Of a stretch of 64,000 bases of DNA, positions 1 to 8,023 are shown one piece after another; the stretch's first letter is position 1, and every line of letters starts with the position of its first letter. Origin of the DNA: Bacteroidales bacterium (GTDB taxonomy: Bacteria; Bacteroidota; Bacteroidia; Bacteroidales; UBA3663); contig JAFZTS010000037.1 of the NCBI GenBank assembly GCA_017618715.1, positions 11,849-75,848 on the forward strand, read 5' to 3'. Under the pieces are notes generated by a model, which was not told the DNA's origin, did no database searches, and saw only the letters and a program-made list of their open reading frames with translations. The position numbers and the translations under genes are program-made.

Positions 1-438
1 CGTCTTCCCATCGTCGATCTGACAAGCGAAGATGCTGTCGCGACGCTGGAAGAAGAGTTCACGGGTAGCAGGGCAGACGATTTCGGTTGATACGCCTTGG
101 GGTTCGTGGGTAACCTGACGGATGTCGAGCGTCTTAAGGTTGACGGCGTACATTTGCTTGATGACACCCCGTGTGCCATTGCCTGCCAGCATGTCGGTCG
201 AAGCTTGTACCACGTCGCTACCTATGAAGAGCATCTCGTCGCCGACGAAAGGATGATTGTGGAAGTAGAATGAGCGGTTGGCGCCATCGCGACGTGTGAG
301 CTTGATGATTCGATGGCCGGTGTCAATGTCAATCCATTCGTCAGGCATGGCTTTACCACCGGTTTCAATGACGGGGATGCCTTGACTGGAAAGGGCAACA
401 GGTACTAATAGGAGGAGGGAGAGTAAAAGATGTTTCAT
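1..438 (-). CDS. Secreted protein, N-terminal 146 aa only (gene runs off the left edge). It resembles Bacteroidales TolB-like / oligogalacturonate-lyase-family beta-propeller proteins.
   Basis: Hand translation of the reverse strand from the ATG (complement of 436-438) gives MKHLLLSLLLLVPVALSSQGIPVIETGGKAMPDEWIDIDTGHRIIKLTRRDGANRSFYFHNHPFVGDEMLF..., open to position 1. The start looks like a signal peptide. It is absent from the ORF track because it is truncated. The family call is from memory only. Confidence 0.45.
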   Translation of the reverse strand, partial: MKHLLLSLLLLVPVALSSQGIPVIETGGKAMPDEWIDIDTGHRIIKLTRRDGANRSFYFHNHPFVGDEMLFIGSDVVQASTDMLAGNGTRGVIKQMYAVNLKTLDIRQVTHEPQGVSTEIVCPATRELFFQRRDSIFACQIDDGKT

Positions 439-474
439 GGAAGGATAGAAGGGATAGTGTGAATAGAAATCAAG

Positions 475-511
475 AACTGCTATGGCCATCTTGAATGTGG
501 CCATAGCAGTT
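475..511 (-). terminator. Stem-loop downstream of the flotillin gene, a putative intrinsic terminator
   Basis: Perfect 13-14 bp inverted repeat AACTGCTATGGCCA (475-488) / TGGCCATAGCAGTT (498-511) with a 9-nt loop, lying 18 nt past the flotillin stop codon (529-531). Confidence 0.65.
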
Positions 512-528
512 GGATTAATCAAAAGGAA

Positions 529-2034
529 TTATGCCTCAGGCTCGGTTTCGGTGTCCTTGGGAGCATCGTTCTTGGTGCCCAAGTAATCGGGAAGTTTCAT
601 GCCGGCCTGGTTGAAGAGTTCCTGCAAGGGCGGAATGCTCTTATAGAGGCCCGATACGAAGTTGGCTGTCGAAGACTTGCCATCGCCACCATTGCCTGTA
701 TCCCAAACGGTAACCTTGTCGATGTTGATGCCCTTGATGGCATCGACCTGAGTCTTGACGAGTTCGGGGAGTTTCTCAAGGATGAGAAGGGTGTAAGCCT
801 TGTTGGCATCGCCTGCAGCCTGGATCATCTTGTCGTAACCCGAAGCCTGCTTGGTGAGTACCTCAAAGAGACCCTTGGCTTCAGCTTCCATCTTGGCGAA
901 GATGGCTTGTGCCTCGCCCTTGGCGCGGGTGGCGGCAGCGATACCTTCACCTTCAGCCTTGATCTTAATGGCGTCAGCGTCACCTTGTGCTCGGAATGCC
1001 ACGCTGTCTGCTTCACCTTTTGCATTGACACGCTTGCGTTCGGCTTCTGCCTCGGCAGCCACGATCATACGCTGCTTCTCGATTTCCTGAGCAACGATGA
1101 CATTGGCCTTCTGAGTGGCCTGTTCACGCTCGGCACGTGCCAACTCGGCTTTCTGCTCAGCAACGTATGACTCCTCGAGAGCCTTGGCAGCTGCAATCTT
1201 CTCGGCGGCAGTGGCACGGCGCTGTGCCTCAGCTTCACGTTCACGCAGGTCGGCCTGTGAATTGGCAATTTCAACTTTGGCGTTGTTCTCGCCCTTGATG
1301 GCTTCTGCATTGGCGGCAGCCACGGCCTTACGTGTTTCCATCTGGAAGTGAGCCTTGCCGGTCTCACCCGACATTTCCTGTTCGGCAACCTTGGCCTTGG
1401 CCTCGTTCTCCTTCTCGGCAACCTTAACCTTGGCCTCGTTGATAGCCTTGGCTGCGGCTTCCTGTCCGAGGGCCTCGATGTAGCCCGACTCGTCCTTGAT
1501 ATCGGTGATGTTGACGTTGATGAGCTTCAGACCAATCTTCTTGAGCTCTATTTCGACGTTCTTCTTGATGTTCTCCTGGAACACATCGCGGTCCTGGTTG
1601 AGTTCCTCGATTGACATGGAAGCGATGACGAGACGGAGCTGACCGAAGAGGATATCGCGTGCCATGTCCTGGATGTCGTTGGCTGACAGACCCAACAGAC
1701 GTTCAGCGGCATTGTTCATCGAATCAGACTCGGTGCTGATACCTACGGTGAAGCGGCAAGGCACATCGACGCGGATGTTCTGGCGCGAGAGGGCGTTGGT
1801 GAGGTTGGCCTCAATGGAGATAGGGGTGAGGTTGAGGTAAGCGTAGTCCTGGATGATAGGCCAAACGAAGACACCACCACCATGTACGCACTTGGCTGAA
1901 CCTTTACCGGTGGAACCATATACAACAAGAATCTTGTCGGAAGGACAACGGCGGTAACGCTTGAGCAGGGCTGCCACAAGGACAATCACCACGAGGATGA
2001 GAATCAATGGGAGTAGGGAGGGATCAAATAGCAT
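529..2034 (-). CDS. Flotillin family protein (SPFH/band-7, YqiK/FloT-like)
   Basis: 501-aa ORF with an N-terminal TM segment (LLPLILILVVIVLVAALL), then an SPFH-like domain and a long Ala/Glu/Lys-rich coiled-coil (EAKAKVAEQE..., AEAQRRATAAEKIAAAKALEE) typical of flotillins. Confidence 0.9.
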   Translation of the reverse strand: MLFDPSLLPLILILVVIVLVAALLKRYRRCPSDKILVVYGSTGKGSAKCVHGGGVFVWPIIQDYAYLNLTPISIEANLTNALSRQNIRVDVPCRFTVGISTESDSMNNAAERLLGLSANDIQDMARDILFGQLRLVIASMSIEELNQDRDVFQENIKKNVEIELKKIGLKLINVNITDIKDESGYIEALGQEAAAKAINEAKVKVAEKENEAKAKVAEQEMSGETGKAHFQMETRKAVAAANAEAIKGENNAKVEIANSQADLREREAEAQRRATAAEKIAAAKALEESYVAEQKAELARAEREQATQKANVIVAQEIEKQRMIVAAEAEAERKRVNAKGEADSVAFRAQGDADAIKIKAEGEGIAAATRAKGEAQAIFAKMEAEAKGLFEVLTKQASGYDKMIQAAGDANKAYTLLILEKLPELVKTQVDAIKGINIDKVTVWDTGNGGDGKSSTANFVSGLYKSIPPLQELFNQAGMKLPDYLGTKNDAPKDTETEPEA

Positions 2035-2083
2035 AGTTGTATTGTTTTAGTAGTTGATAGTAGCTATAAATTATTCTTTGTAA

Positions 2084-2119
2084 CTATAGTGACTATATTA
2101 GCTATAGTACCTATAGGGA
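2084..2119. repeat. 4 x 9-bp degenerate tandem repeat (CTATAGTGA CTATATTAG CTATAGTAC CTATAGGGA) in the DUF805-flotillin spacer
   Basis: Read directly from the sequence. The period of 9 was counted by hand. Confidence 0.8.
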
Positions 2120-2132
2120 GACGATGACCTTC

Positions 2133-2657
2133 TTAGAAGTTGGTAGATGTGGCTTCTTCTAGACCCTTGGGGTTGGGGCCATAAACGTTGTCGCCTGGGG
2201 TGGAATCCTGACAGGCAAGATAGATGAACCAGATGGTGCCGATGATGAAGATCGTATAGGAGATCATCGTTGGAATGAAGGGTGCATACATCAGGAGTAC
2301 ACCTGTCCAGTAGGTCATCGACCACCAGCCCGAACGTCCGATGTCGTGCATGCGACGAATCTGTACGGCGATGGTGGGAAGCAGGGTGCCTACCCAGAAG
2401 ATAAGCAGGACGATGGAAGAGGGGGAGACCCTGTATGAGTTGACGACTTCGGCGATGGCTTCTTTATCATTGGGGTCACCACCCTCTGAAATATACTCCA
2501 TCACTGGACCCATGATAGTTGATCCGAGCCAGATTACGAGAACAATCATTACCAGGATGATGAAGAGGAAGAAGTACCAGTGCTCGGAGCGACGTGCGCG
2601 CCCACTGAAAGTAACATACTTGGCAAAGCAGGTCTTGATAGCTTCAATAAAAGACAT
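2133..2657 (-). CDS. DUF805 domain-containing inner-membrane protein
   Basis: 174 aa with the characteristic N-terminal FSGRARRSEHWYFFLF motif and several TM segments. Confidence 0.8.
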   Translation of the reverse strand: MSFIEAIKTCFAKYVTFSGRARRSEHWYFFLFIILVMIVLVIWLGSTIMGPVMEYISEGGDPNDKEAIAEVVNSYRVSPSSIVLLIFWVGTLLPTIAVQIRRMHDIGRSGWWSMTYWTGVLLMYAPFIPTMISYTIFIIGTIWFIYLACQDSTPGDNVYGPNPKGLEEATSTNF

Positions 2658-2683
2658 AGTGATATTATTTAAAGTTTTAGAAT

Positions 2684-2755
2684 GATATCGGAGTGATCGG
2701 AGTGATCGGAGTGATCAGAGTAATCGGAGTATTCCGAGTAATCCGAATAATCAGA
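2684..2755. repeat. 8 x 9-bp degenerate tandem repeat (GTGATCGGA core, decaying to GTAATCCGA / ATAATCAGA)
   Basis: Units counted by hand: 2684-2692, 2693-2701, 2702-2710, 2711-2719, 2720-2728, 2729-2737, 2738-2746, 2747-2755. The last unit contains the stop codon (2751-2753, minus strand) of the NfeD-like gene. Confidence 0.85.
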
Positions 2756-3338
2756 TTTGCTCGACCAGAACGGTTTCGCCTTGGACGATCTCCTTGATGC
2801 GGACCTTGGCACCCGTGGGAACCTCAGTGTCGCAAAGAGCTTCGAGTTCGTGGGTGGAGCCGTTAAGCGAAACGGTGATCTTGCCGGTCTGCTTGCGGTC
2901 AGCTGGGATGCGCAGATAGACATCGGCGGGAAGGCCGACAACCTGCTCGACGCGGAAGGTGTTATCGCGGTTGAGTTTCATCATCTGGAAGAGCAGGAAA
3001 GCGATGACCGACATGAAGACGAGACCCACTGCGGCAGCCAAAAGACCAAGCAAAAAGTGGTTGGGAACCATGTCCCAGCATAGCACGCCTGTCCAACCGA
3101 AACCGAGGATAAAACAGATGATCGACTTGACCGAGACGAGGTGGAAACCTGCGGCATCGAAAGCGGCATCGCCACCATCGGGTATCTGGTCGGGAGCGGT
3201 GGACATATCAACATCACTGTCGGCATCGAAGCCAACAAAGGTCATGATGGCCTGAATGATGAAGATGATACTCGAGATTGCTGCGAGGACCCAATAAACT
3301 TGCAGCATGCCATCCATTGATTTAAAAGTTTCAATCAT
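2751..3338 (-). CDS. NfeD-like / YqiJ-like membrane protein with a C-terminal OB-fold
   Basis: The ORF track gives 2751-3437. I prefer the internal ATG at 3338 (MIETFKSMDGMLQVYWVLAAISS...) because a TAnnTTTG -7 box lies at 3377-3384 inside the longer ORF. It has TM helices plus an NfeD-type C-terminus (GKITVSLNGSTHELEALCD...KVRIKEIVQGETVLVEQI). The position upstream of a flotillin gene mirrors E. coli yqiJ-yqiK. Confidence 0.7.
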   Translation of the reverse strand: MIETFKSMDGMLQVYWVLAAISSIIFIIQAIMTFVGFDADSDVDMSTAPDQIPDGGDAAFDAAGFHLVSVKSIICFILGFGWTGVLCWDMVPNHFLLGLLAAAVGLVFMSVIAFLLFQMMKLNRDNTFRVEQVVGLPADVYLRIPADRKQTGKITVSLNGSTHELEALCDTEVPTGAKVRIKEIVQGETVLVEQI

Positions 3339-3376
3339 AGCAGTAGTTGTATTAGTGTTATTGTTTTTCTGTACGG

Positions 3377-3384
3377 CAAAGATA
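3377..3384 (-). promoter_or_regulatory. Candidate Bacteroidetes -7 box (TATCTTTG on the minus strand) for the NfeD-DUF805-flotillin operon
   Basis: Matches the TAnnTTTG consensus and lies 39 nt upstream of the ATG at 3338. Confidence 0.4.
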
Positions 3385-3535
3385 AGACCATTGGATAAAA
3401 GAACGTATCTTTTGACAACGTTGTCGAGAAAAAACAATAATTTTGCTTATTGCGGTGTAAAGATAGTAAGTTTTTAGGGTATCTTTCCTAATTTTTTTCA
3501 CTTTTTGGTGTCATACACTTGCATTTCTACAAAAA

Positions 3536-4429
3536 ATGATGTTACTTTGCAACATGAAAGTGTCGAAAATGCCCCCTTCTCCTTGTGTGATGGGCATCAT
3601 CAATGTAACTCCTGACTCGTTCTATGAGGCCAGTCGCGTACAAGAGCAATTTGCTTTACGCAAGCGTGTGCGCACAATCTTAGACGAGGGAGGAGCGATT
3701 ATTGATGTGGGTGCATATTCGACACGCCCAGGTGCTCATGATATCACGGCCGAAGAGGAAAAGGAAAGGCTTCGTTGGGCATTGCCGATTGTCATTGAAG
3801 AGGCAAGGAAGTGGCATGACGAACGAGGAGTGGATGCTTTGCAACCTTTGATTAGCGTCGATACCTTTCGTGCCAGTGTGGCCGAGATGTGCGTTACCGA
3901 ACTTGGAGCAGACATCATTAACGACATCTCAGGTGGAACGCTTGATGAGGCCATGTTTGATGTCGTGGCTCGTACCCGTGCTTTATATATTATGATGCAC
4001 AGTCGTGGCACCCCGAAGGATATGCAGCAGCGCACTGATTATCCCAATGGGGTGGTGGAAGAGGTGATTCGATTCTTCAAGGAGCAGTTGGATAAATTGT
4101 GTAAAAGGTTTGAAGAGTTTGAAGGGTTTGAAAGGCTCGAAAACGTGATCCTCGATCCTGGTTTTGGTTTTGCCAAGACATTGGAGCAGAATTATACATT
4201 GTTGAAAGGACTTGATAGGATACGCGAGGCCTTGCCCGACTATCCGCTGTTGGTAGGCATCAGCCGAAAGTCGATGATTTATAAACTGTTTGAGACGGAT
4301 GCTGTGCATGCTTTGAACGGTACGACGGTGCTCAACACCTACGCACTGTTGCATGGAGCCTCCATCCTTAGAGTACATGACGTAAAAGAGGCCGCTGAGG
4401 CCATAAGAATATGTGGGATTTTGGCATAA
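3536..4429 (+). CDS. folP: Dihydropteroate synthase
   Basis: Contains MGIINVTPDSFYEAS, IIDVGAYSTRPG, ISVDTF, IINDISGG, ILDPGFGFAKT and ILRVHDV motifs. The start is uncertain, with in-frame ATGs at 3536, 3539, 3554, 3569 and 3590. Confidence 0.92.
   Translation: MMLLCNMKVSKMPPSPCVMGIINVTPDSFYEASRVQEQFALRKRVRTILDEGGAIIDVGAYSTRPGAHDITAEEEKERLRWALPIVIEEARKWHDERGVDALQPLISVDTFRASVAEMCVTELGADIINDISGGTLDEAMFDVVARTRALYIMMHSRGTPKDMQQRTDYPNGVVEEVIRFFKEQLDKLCKRFEEFEGFERLENVILDPGFGFAKTLEQNYTLLKGLDRIREALPDYPLLVGISRKSMIYKLFETDAVHALNGTTVLNTYALLHGASILRVHDVKEAAEAIRICGILA
4106..4141 (+). repeat. 4 x 9-bp tandem repeat in frame inside folP (AGGTTTGAA GAGTTTGAA GGGTTTGAA AGGCTCGAA, encoding RFE EFE GFE RLE)
   Basis: Read directly. 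(4106-3536) is divisible by 3, so the units are codon-phased. The unit GGGTTTGAA is the exact reverse complement of the unit at 13992-14000. Confidence 0.85.
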
Positions 4430-5190
4430 TAGACTTGTTAGACATCTTGGGTGTAGCTGCCATGATGTTCTATCTATACCGTTGGTCGAAGGGAAATGGC
4501 ACCATTGTCATTTTCAAGGGCCTTATTGCCGTCATCGTGCTATGGGTGGGCTTGCGATACTTCGAGTTCCGACTGCTGGGTGGCATCTTTGATCTGGCGG
4601 TTTCGGTCTCAATGATTGTTCTTGTCATTCTCTTTCAGAACGAGATACGCCAGGCATTGATTCGTCTGGGTTCGCGTCATAGGTGGAGCAGCATGCTGCG
4701 CTTTTTCGGCAAGGAGGAGTTGGCAAAGAATGACGATACCAAGTGGGTCGATGCCGTCATCTTGGCTTGTCAGCACATGTCGGAGCACAAGGTTGGTGCC
4801 CTGATTGTAGTGCAGCGCTACGACGATGTCGAGCCCTTGATTTCGCCTCCAGGCTGTGAGATGGATGCCATCGTGTCGGCACGCCTCATCGAACAGGTCT
4901 TCTTCAAGAATTCTCCACTCCACGATGGTGCGATGCTGATACGCAACGGACGCATAGCACAGGCGGCAGGTGTATTGCCCACTAGTCGAAACCGGCGCAT
5001 CCCCGCCGAGTTGGGCTTGCGCCATCGCAGCGCTTTGGGTATTTCGGAGATTTGTGACGCGCAGGTTGTCGTGGTGAGCGAAGAAACGGGCGACATCTCG
5101 CTCTGCTATCGTGGTCGCATCACACGTGGCATCTCGCAGGCCAAGTTGCAGAAACAACTGCTGGACGGGACGCCGCAAATAAAAAAATAA
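4411..5190 (+). CDS. cdaA: Diadenylate cyclase CdaA (DisA_N/DAC domain, membrane-anchored)
   Basis: Three N-terminal TM segments, then GALIVVQR, DGAMLIRNGRI, ELGLRHRSALGISE and VVVVSEETGDISL motifs. It overlaps the end of folP by 19 nt. Confidence 0.9.
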   Translation: MWDFGIIDLLDILGVAAMMFYLYRWSKGNGTIVIFKGLIAVIVLWVGLRYFEFRLLGGIFDLAVSVSMIVLVILFQNEIRQALIRLGSRHRWSSMLRFFGKEELAKNDDTKWVDAVILACQHMSEHKVGALIVVQRYDDVEPLISPPGCEMDAIVSARLIEQVFFKNSPLHDGAMLIRNGRIAQAAGVLPTSRNRRIPAELGLRHRSALGISEICDAQVVVVSEETGDISLCYRGRITRGISQAKLQKQLLDGTPQIKK

Positions 5191-5230
5191 TCAATTGACT
5201 TACATTTTCATAAATATTTAAATCTGTCCG

Positions 5231-6526
5231 ATGGACTTAGACAGTATTCATCTTTTTGCTCCTACTGTTGCAGCAATCGTTTCGCTTGTGATTGCTGTCG
5301 TACTACTTTTTGCTTCGGCGTGCATATCGGCATCTGAGGTGGCCTTTTTTTCTCTTTCTCCTCGCGATCTCGACAAACTCGATGAGGACGAAAACCATCG
5401 CGATGGACTCATCCAGGATTTGCTTGAAAAGCAGGAGAACCTGATGGCCGCCATCTTGATAGGCAACAACTTCGTTAACGTTGCCATCATCATGCTCTTC
5501 AGTTATTTCTTTGCCCAGGTGATGCCGGTGAGCGACAATCCTGCCTGGCTGATTTTTTTGAGTCAGACCATCATTCTGACCTTCCTGTTGTTGCTTTTCG
5601 GCGAAATATTGCCCAAAGTATATGCCTCGCATCATGCGCTCTCGTTCAGTCGCACAGTGAGCCCAGTTATGAAGATACTCACCAGCATTTTCCATCCCTT
5701 CATCCTATTGCTTGTCAAGAGCATGGGTGGATTGAATCGTCATCTTGCCGACAAGATGACCGACGACGTGACGATGGATGACCTTAGCGATGCGCTGAAA
5801 GTGACTACACAGGTACACACTGACGAAAAGAAAATGCTGGAAGGCATCATCGAATTCGGCGACAAGACGGTGAAGGATGCCATGACCACACGCTCCGAGA
5901 TGGTCACCATTGACGTGGATACACCTTTCAGCAAAGTTTTGTCTATGGTCGTTGACCAGAAGTACAGTCGTATGCCAGTCATTGAGGATACTGAAGATCA
6001 TATCAAGGGTATTTTGTACATTAAGGATTTGTTGCCCTATTTGAACCGAGACGACAAGTTCGAATGGCAGAGTCTCATCCGTGAACCTTATTACGTGCCC
6101 GAAAACAAGCCTATTGATGACTTGCTCGATGACTTCCGTCAGAAACGTCTTCACATGGCTATCGTGGTGGATGAGTTTGGCGGCACGTCGGGACTGATTA
6201 CCATGGAGGATGTTCTCGAGGAAATCGTGGGAGAGATACACGACGAATATGATGAGGATGTTCAGACATGGCAGAAAGTGGGGCAGAAAGAGTGGATTTT
6301 CGAGGCTCGTACTTCAATCACTGATTTCTGCAAGGTAACGGGTCTGGATCAGGATGATGACCTTGGCGACAAGGCCGACAACTGCGAATCGATTGGAGGG
6401 TTGCTGCTTGAAATAAAACAAAACTTCCCGCGCACCCATGAAGTTATACGTTTCCGAGGGATAGAGTTTACGATTTTGTCGATGGACAAGCGTCGTATCG
6501 ATCGTGTCCGAATAAAATTGCCGTAA
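5231..6526 (+). CDS. gldE: CNNM/CorC-family membrane protein (DUF21 + tandem CBS + CorC_HlyC), the GldE type
   Basis: 431 aa with an N-terminal DUF21-like TM region (GNNFVNV, GEILPK), a CBS pair (VKDAMTTRSEMVTID, YSRMPV) and a C-terminal transporter-associated domain. Confidence 0.8.
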   Translation: MDLDSIHLFAPTVAAIVSLVIAVVLLFASACISASEVAFFSLSPRDLDKLDEDENHRDGLIQDLLEKQENLMAAILIGNNFVNVAIIMLFSYFFAQVMPVSDNPAWLIFLSQTIILTFLLLLFGEILPKVYASHHALSFSRTVSPVMKILTSIFHPFILLLVKSMGGLNRHLADKMTDDVTMDDLSDALKVTTQVHTDEKKMLEGIIEFGDKTVKDAMTTRSEMVTIDVDTPFSKVLSMVVDQKYSRMPVIEDTEDHIKGILYIKDLLPYLNRDDKFEWQSLIREPYYVPENKPIDDLLDDFRQKRLHMAIVVDEFGGTSGLITMEDVLEEIVGEIHDEYDEDVQTWQKVGQKEWIFEARTSITDFCKVTGLDQDDDLGDKADNCESIGGLLLEIKQNFPRTHEVIRFRGIEFTILSMDKRRIDRVRIKLP

Positions 6527-6528
6527 AA

Positions 6529-7164
6529 ATGTCTGCCCCCGACTATATCGTTTGGAAAATCACCGAAAGCGAGGATGAGTTGCGTGCCAGTCTGTCGCAT
6601 CCGGAGTATTTCGATGCCAAGATCAGAAACCTTAAGCCTGGCAGTCGCAGGGTAATGGAGATATTGGCCGTTCGCAGAGCCTTGAAGGAGCTATTGGGTG
6701 GTGAGGAAAAAAGGATCATCTACGATCGCTATGGCAAGCCCTCTATCGATGAGCCAAACGCTCCCTTTATTAGCTTCAGCCATACCAAACAGTATGTTGC
6801 CGTTATTGCCTCCGATGTGCCGGTCGGCATCGACATCGAGCGCAGGGGAGACCGTGTGCAGCGTGTCACCAAGCAGTTTTTGACGTCCGATGAGATTGCC
6901 GTGTTGGCCTTGACCCCCGATATCGATCTGGCCTTTCATTTAGCGTGGAGTGGAAAGGAGTCGGCTTTCAAGGTTCTGGGTCAATCGTTCTACGACCTTA
7001 AGAAGTTGACCTCCATCGTACATGTAGATATGGAGCAGAAATTGGTCCTGCTGCGTGTGGAAGGAAGGGATATACCTATGCACATCCATTTCGATTATAC
7101 AGAAGACTACGTCCTGACATGGGTACAGGATGATGTTGATTGTCAATTAACAATTAACAGTTAA
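6529..7164 (+). CDS. 4'-phosphopantetheinyl transferase superfamily protein
   Basis: Contains the VGIDIE and WSGKESAFK motifs. It starts 3 nt after the gldE-like stop. Confidence 0.8.
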   Translation: MSAPDYIVWKITESEDELRASLSHPEYFDAKIRNLKPGSRRVMEILAVRRALKELLGGEEKRIIYDRYGKPSIDEPNAPFISFSHTKQYVAVIASDVPVGIDIERRGDRVQRVTKQFLTSDEIAVLALTPDIDLAFHLAWSGKESAFKVLGQSFYDLKKLTSIVHVDMEQKLVLLRVEGRDIPMHIHFDYTEDYVLTWVQDDVDCQLTINS

Positions 7165-7193
7165 GAAATAACAATTATCAATTACAATTGAGA
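7145..7193. repeat. 7 x 7-bp degenerate tandem repeat (AATTAAC AATTAAC AGTTAAG AAATAAC AATTATC AATTACA ATTGAGA)
   Basis: Counted by hand. The tract spans the PPTase stop codon and the TTG start (7188) of the HmuY-like gene. The unit is the reverse complement of the GTTAATT tract at 17187-17221. Confidence 0.85.
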
Positions 7194-8018
7194 GATATTA
7201 TTCCCATTTTCAGCCTATTGTTGTGGGCTGCGATGCTGACCAGTTGTGAAGGAATCCTGAGCGGCATTTACGACGAACCTTTCGATAAGGGTTCGTCTGT
7301 TGATGTGCGAGGTGACACCATCAGCGGGTCGCTTTACATCGAAGCCAACGAATGGGACGAATGGTTCTACGTAGATCTGCATGCCATCCGTGAAGCGGTG
7401 ACTGCGGCCAACGATGGTGAGCCGATGGATTCCTCTTGCTTGCATTTCGAACCCTACAAGGTGCCGCTGACCTTGACTGAGGAGTGGGATGGAACGTCGA
7501 GGATCTACACCTATCTGTTCCGTGTCCTCACCGGCCAGGGTTTGGATGACAACGAACTGTTGCAGGTTGTTGAAACCGATACGCAGCCCGAAGCACCTTC
7601 GTGGGACTTCGCCATCCATCGAAACAATAACCGCACGAATGGTGGAGCTGTACTTGAGACCTCCTTTTCGAGTTTGGACGAATTGCCAATAAGTTCGACG
7701 ACACTCTTGAATCAAATGGTTTCGGAAGGGAAGGACACCGCGTTTGTGTCCGATACCTATTCAGACAAGGTTGTTTGGGTCGATCAAACCATGATGCTAC
7801 AGGAGATCATTCCCTGCCAGGGCATCATGGTCAACGAAGTGTTGTCTCGTTGGATGATCGTGGAATTAACCACCCCGCCGCCGATTTTCCACCACAATGG
7901 ACACGTCTTCCTGCTCAGGATGAACGACGGCACCATAGCCGCCTTGCGTTGTGCAAACTACATCAGTGCCAGGAACGTGAAATGTTGCTTGACCATCGAA
8001 TACCTTTATCCCTATTGA
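7188..8018 (+). CDS. hmuY: HmuY-family lipoprotein (putative heme-binding)
   Basis: Lipoprotein-like signal (LLLWAAMLTSC). It has WDFAIHRNNNRTNGGAV and a C-terminal HVFLLRMNDGTIAALRCANY...TIEYLYPY, which match the layout of P. gingivalis HmuY as I remember it. It lies directly upstream of a TonB-dependent receptor. The TTG start was taken from the ORF track because no in-frame ATG leaves a signal peptide. Confidence 0.65.
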   Translation: MRDIIPIFSLLLWAAMLTSCEGILSGIYDEPFDKGSSVDVRGDTISGSLYIEANEWDEWFYVDLHAIREAVTAANDGEPMDSSCLHFEPYKVPLTLTEEWDGTSRIYTYLFRVLTGQGLDDNELLQVVETDTQPEAPSWDFAIHRNNNRTNGGAVLETSFSSLDELPISSTTLLNQMVSEGKDTAFVSDTYSDKVVWVDQTMMLQEIIPCQGIMVNEVLSRWMIVELTTPPPIFHHNGHVFLLRMNDGTIAALRCANYISARNVKCCLTIEYLYPY

Positions 8019-8023
8019 CGAAT

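Noticed and set aside
7775-8023. N-terminal 83-codon extension of the TonB-dependent receptor ORF (track ORF 7775-10066)
   Set aside because: The extension overlaps the 3' end of hmuY in another frame and is Arg/His/Pro-rich junk. A canonical signal peptide begins at the ATG at 8024.
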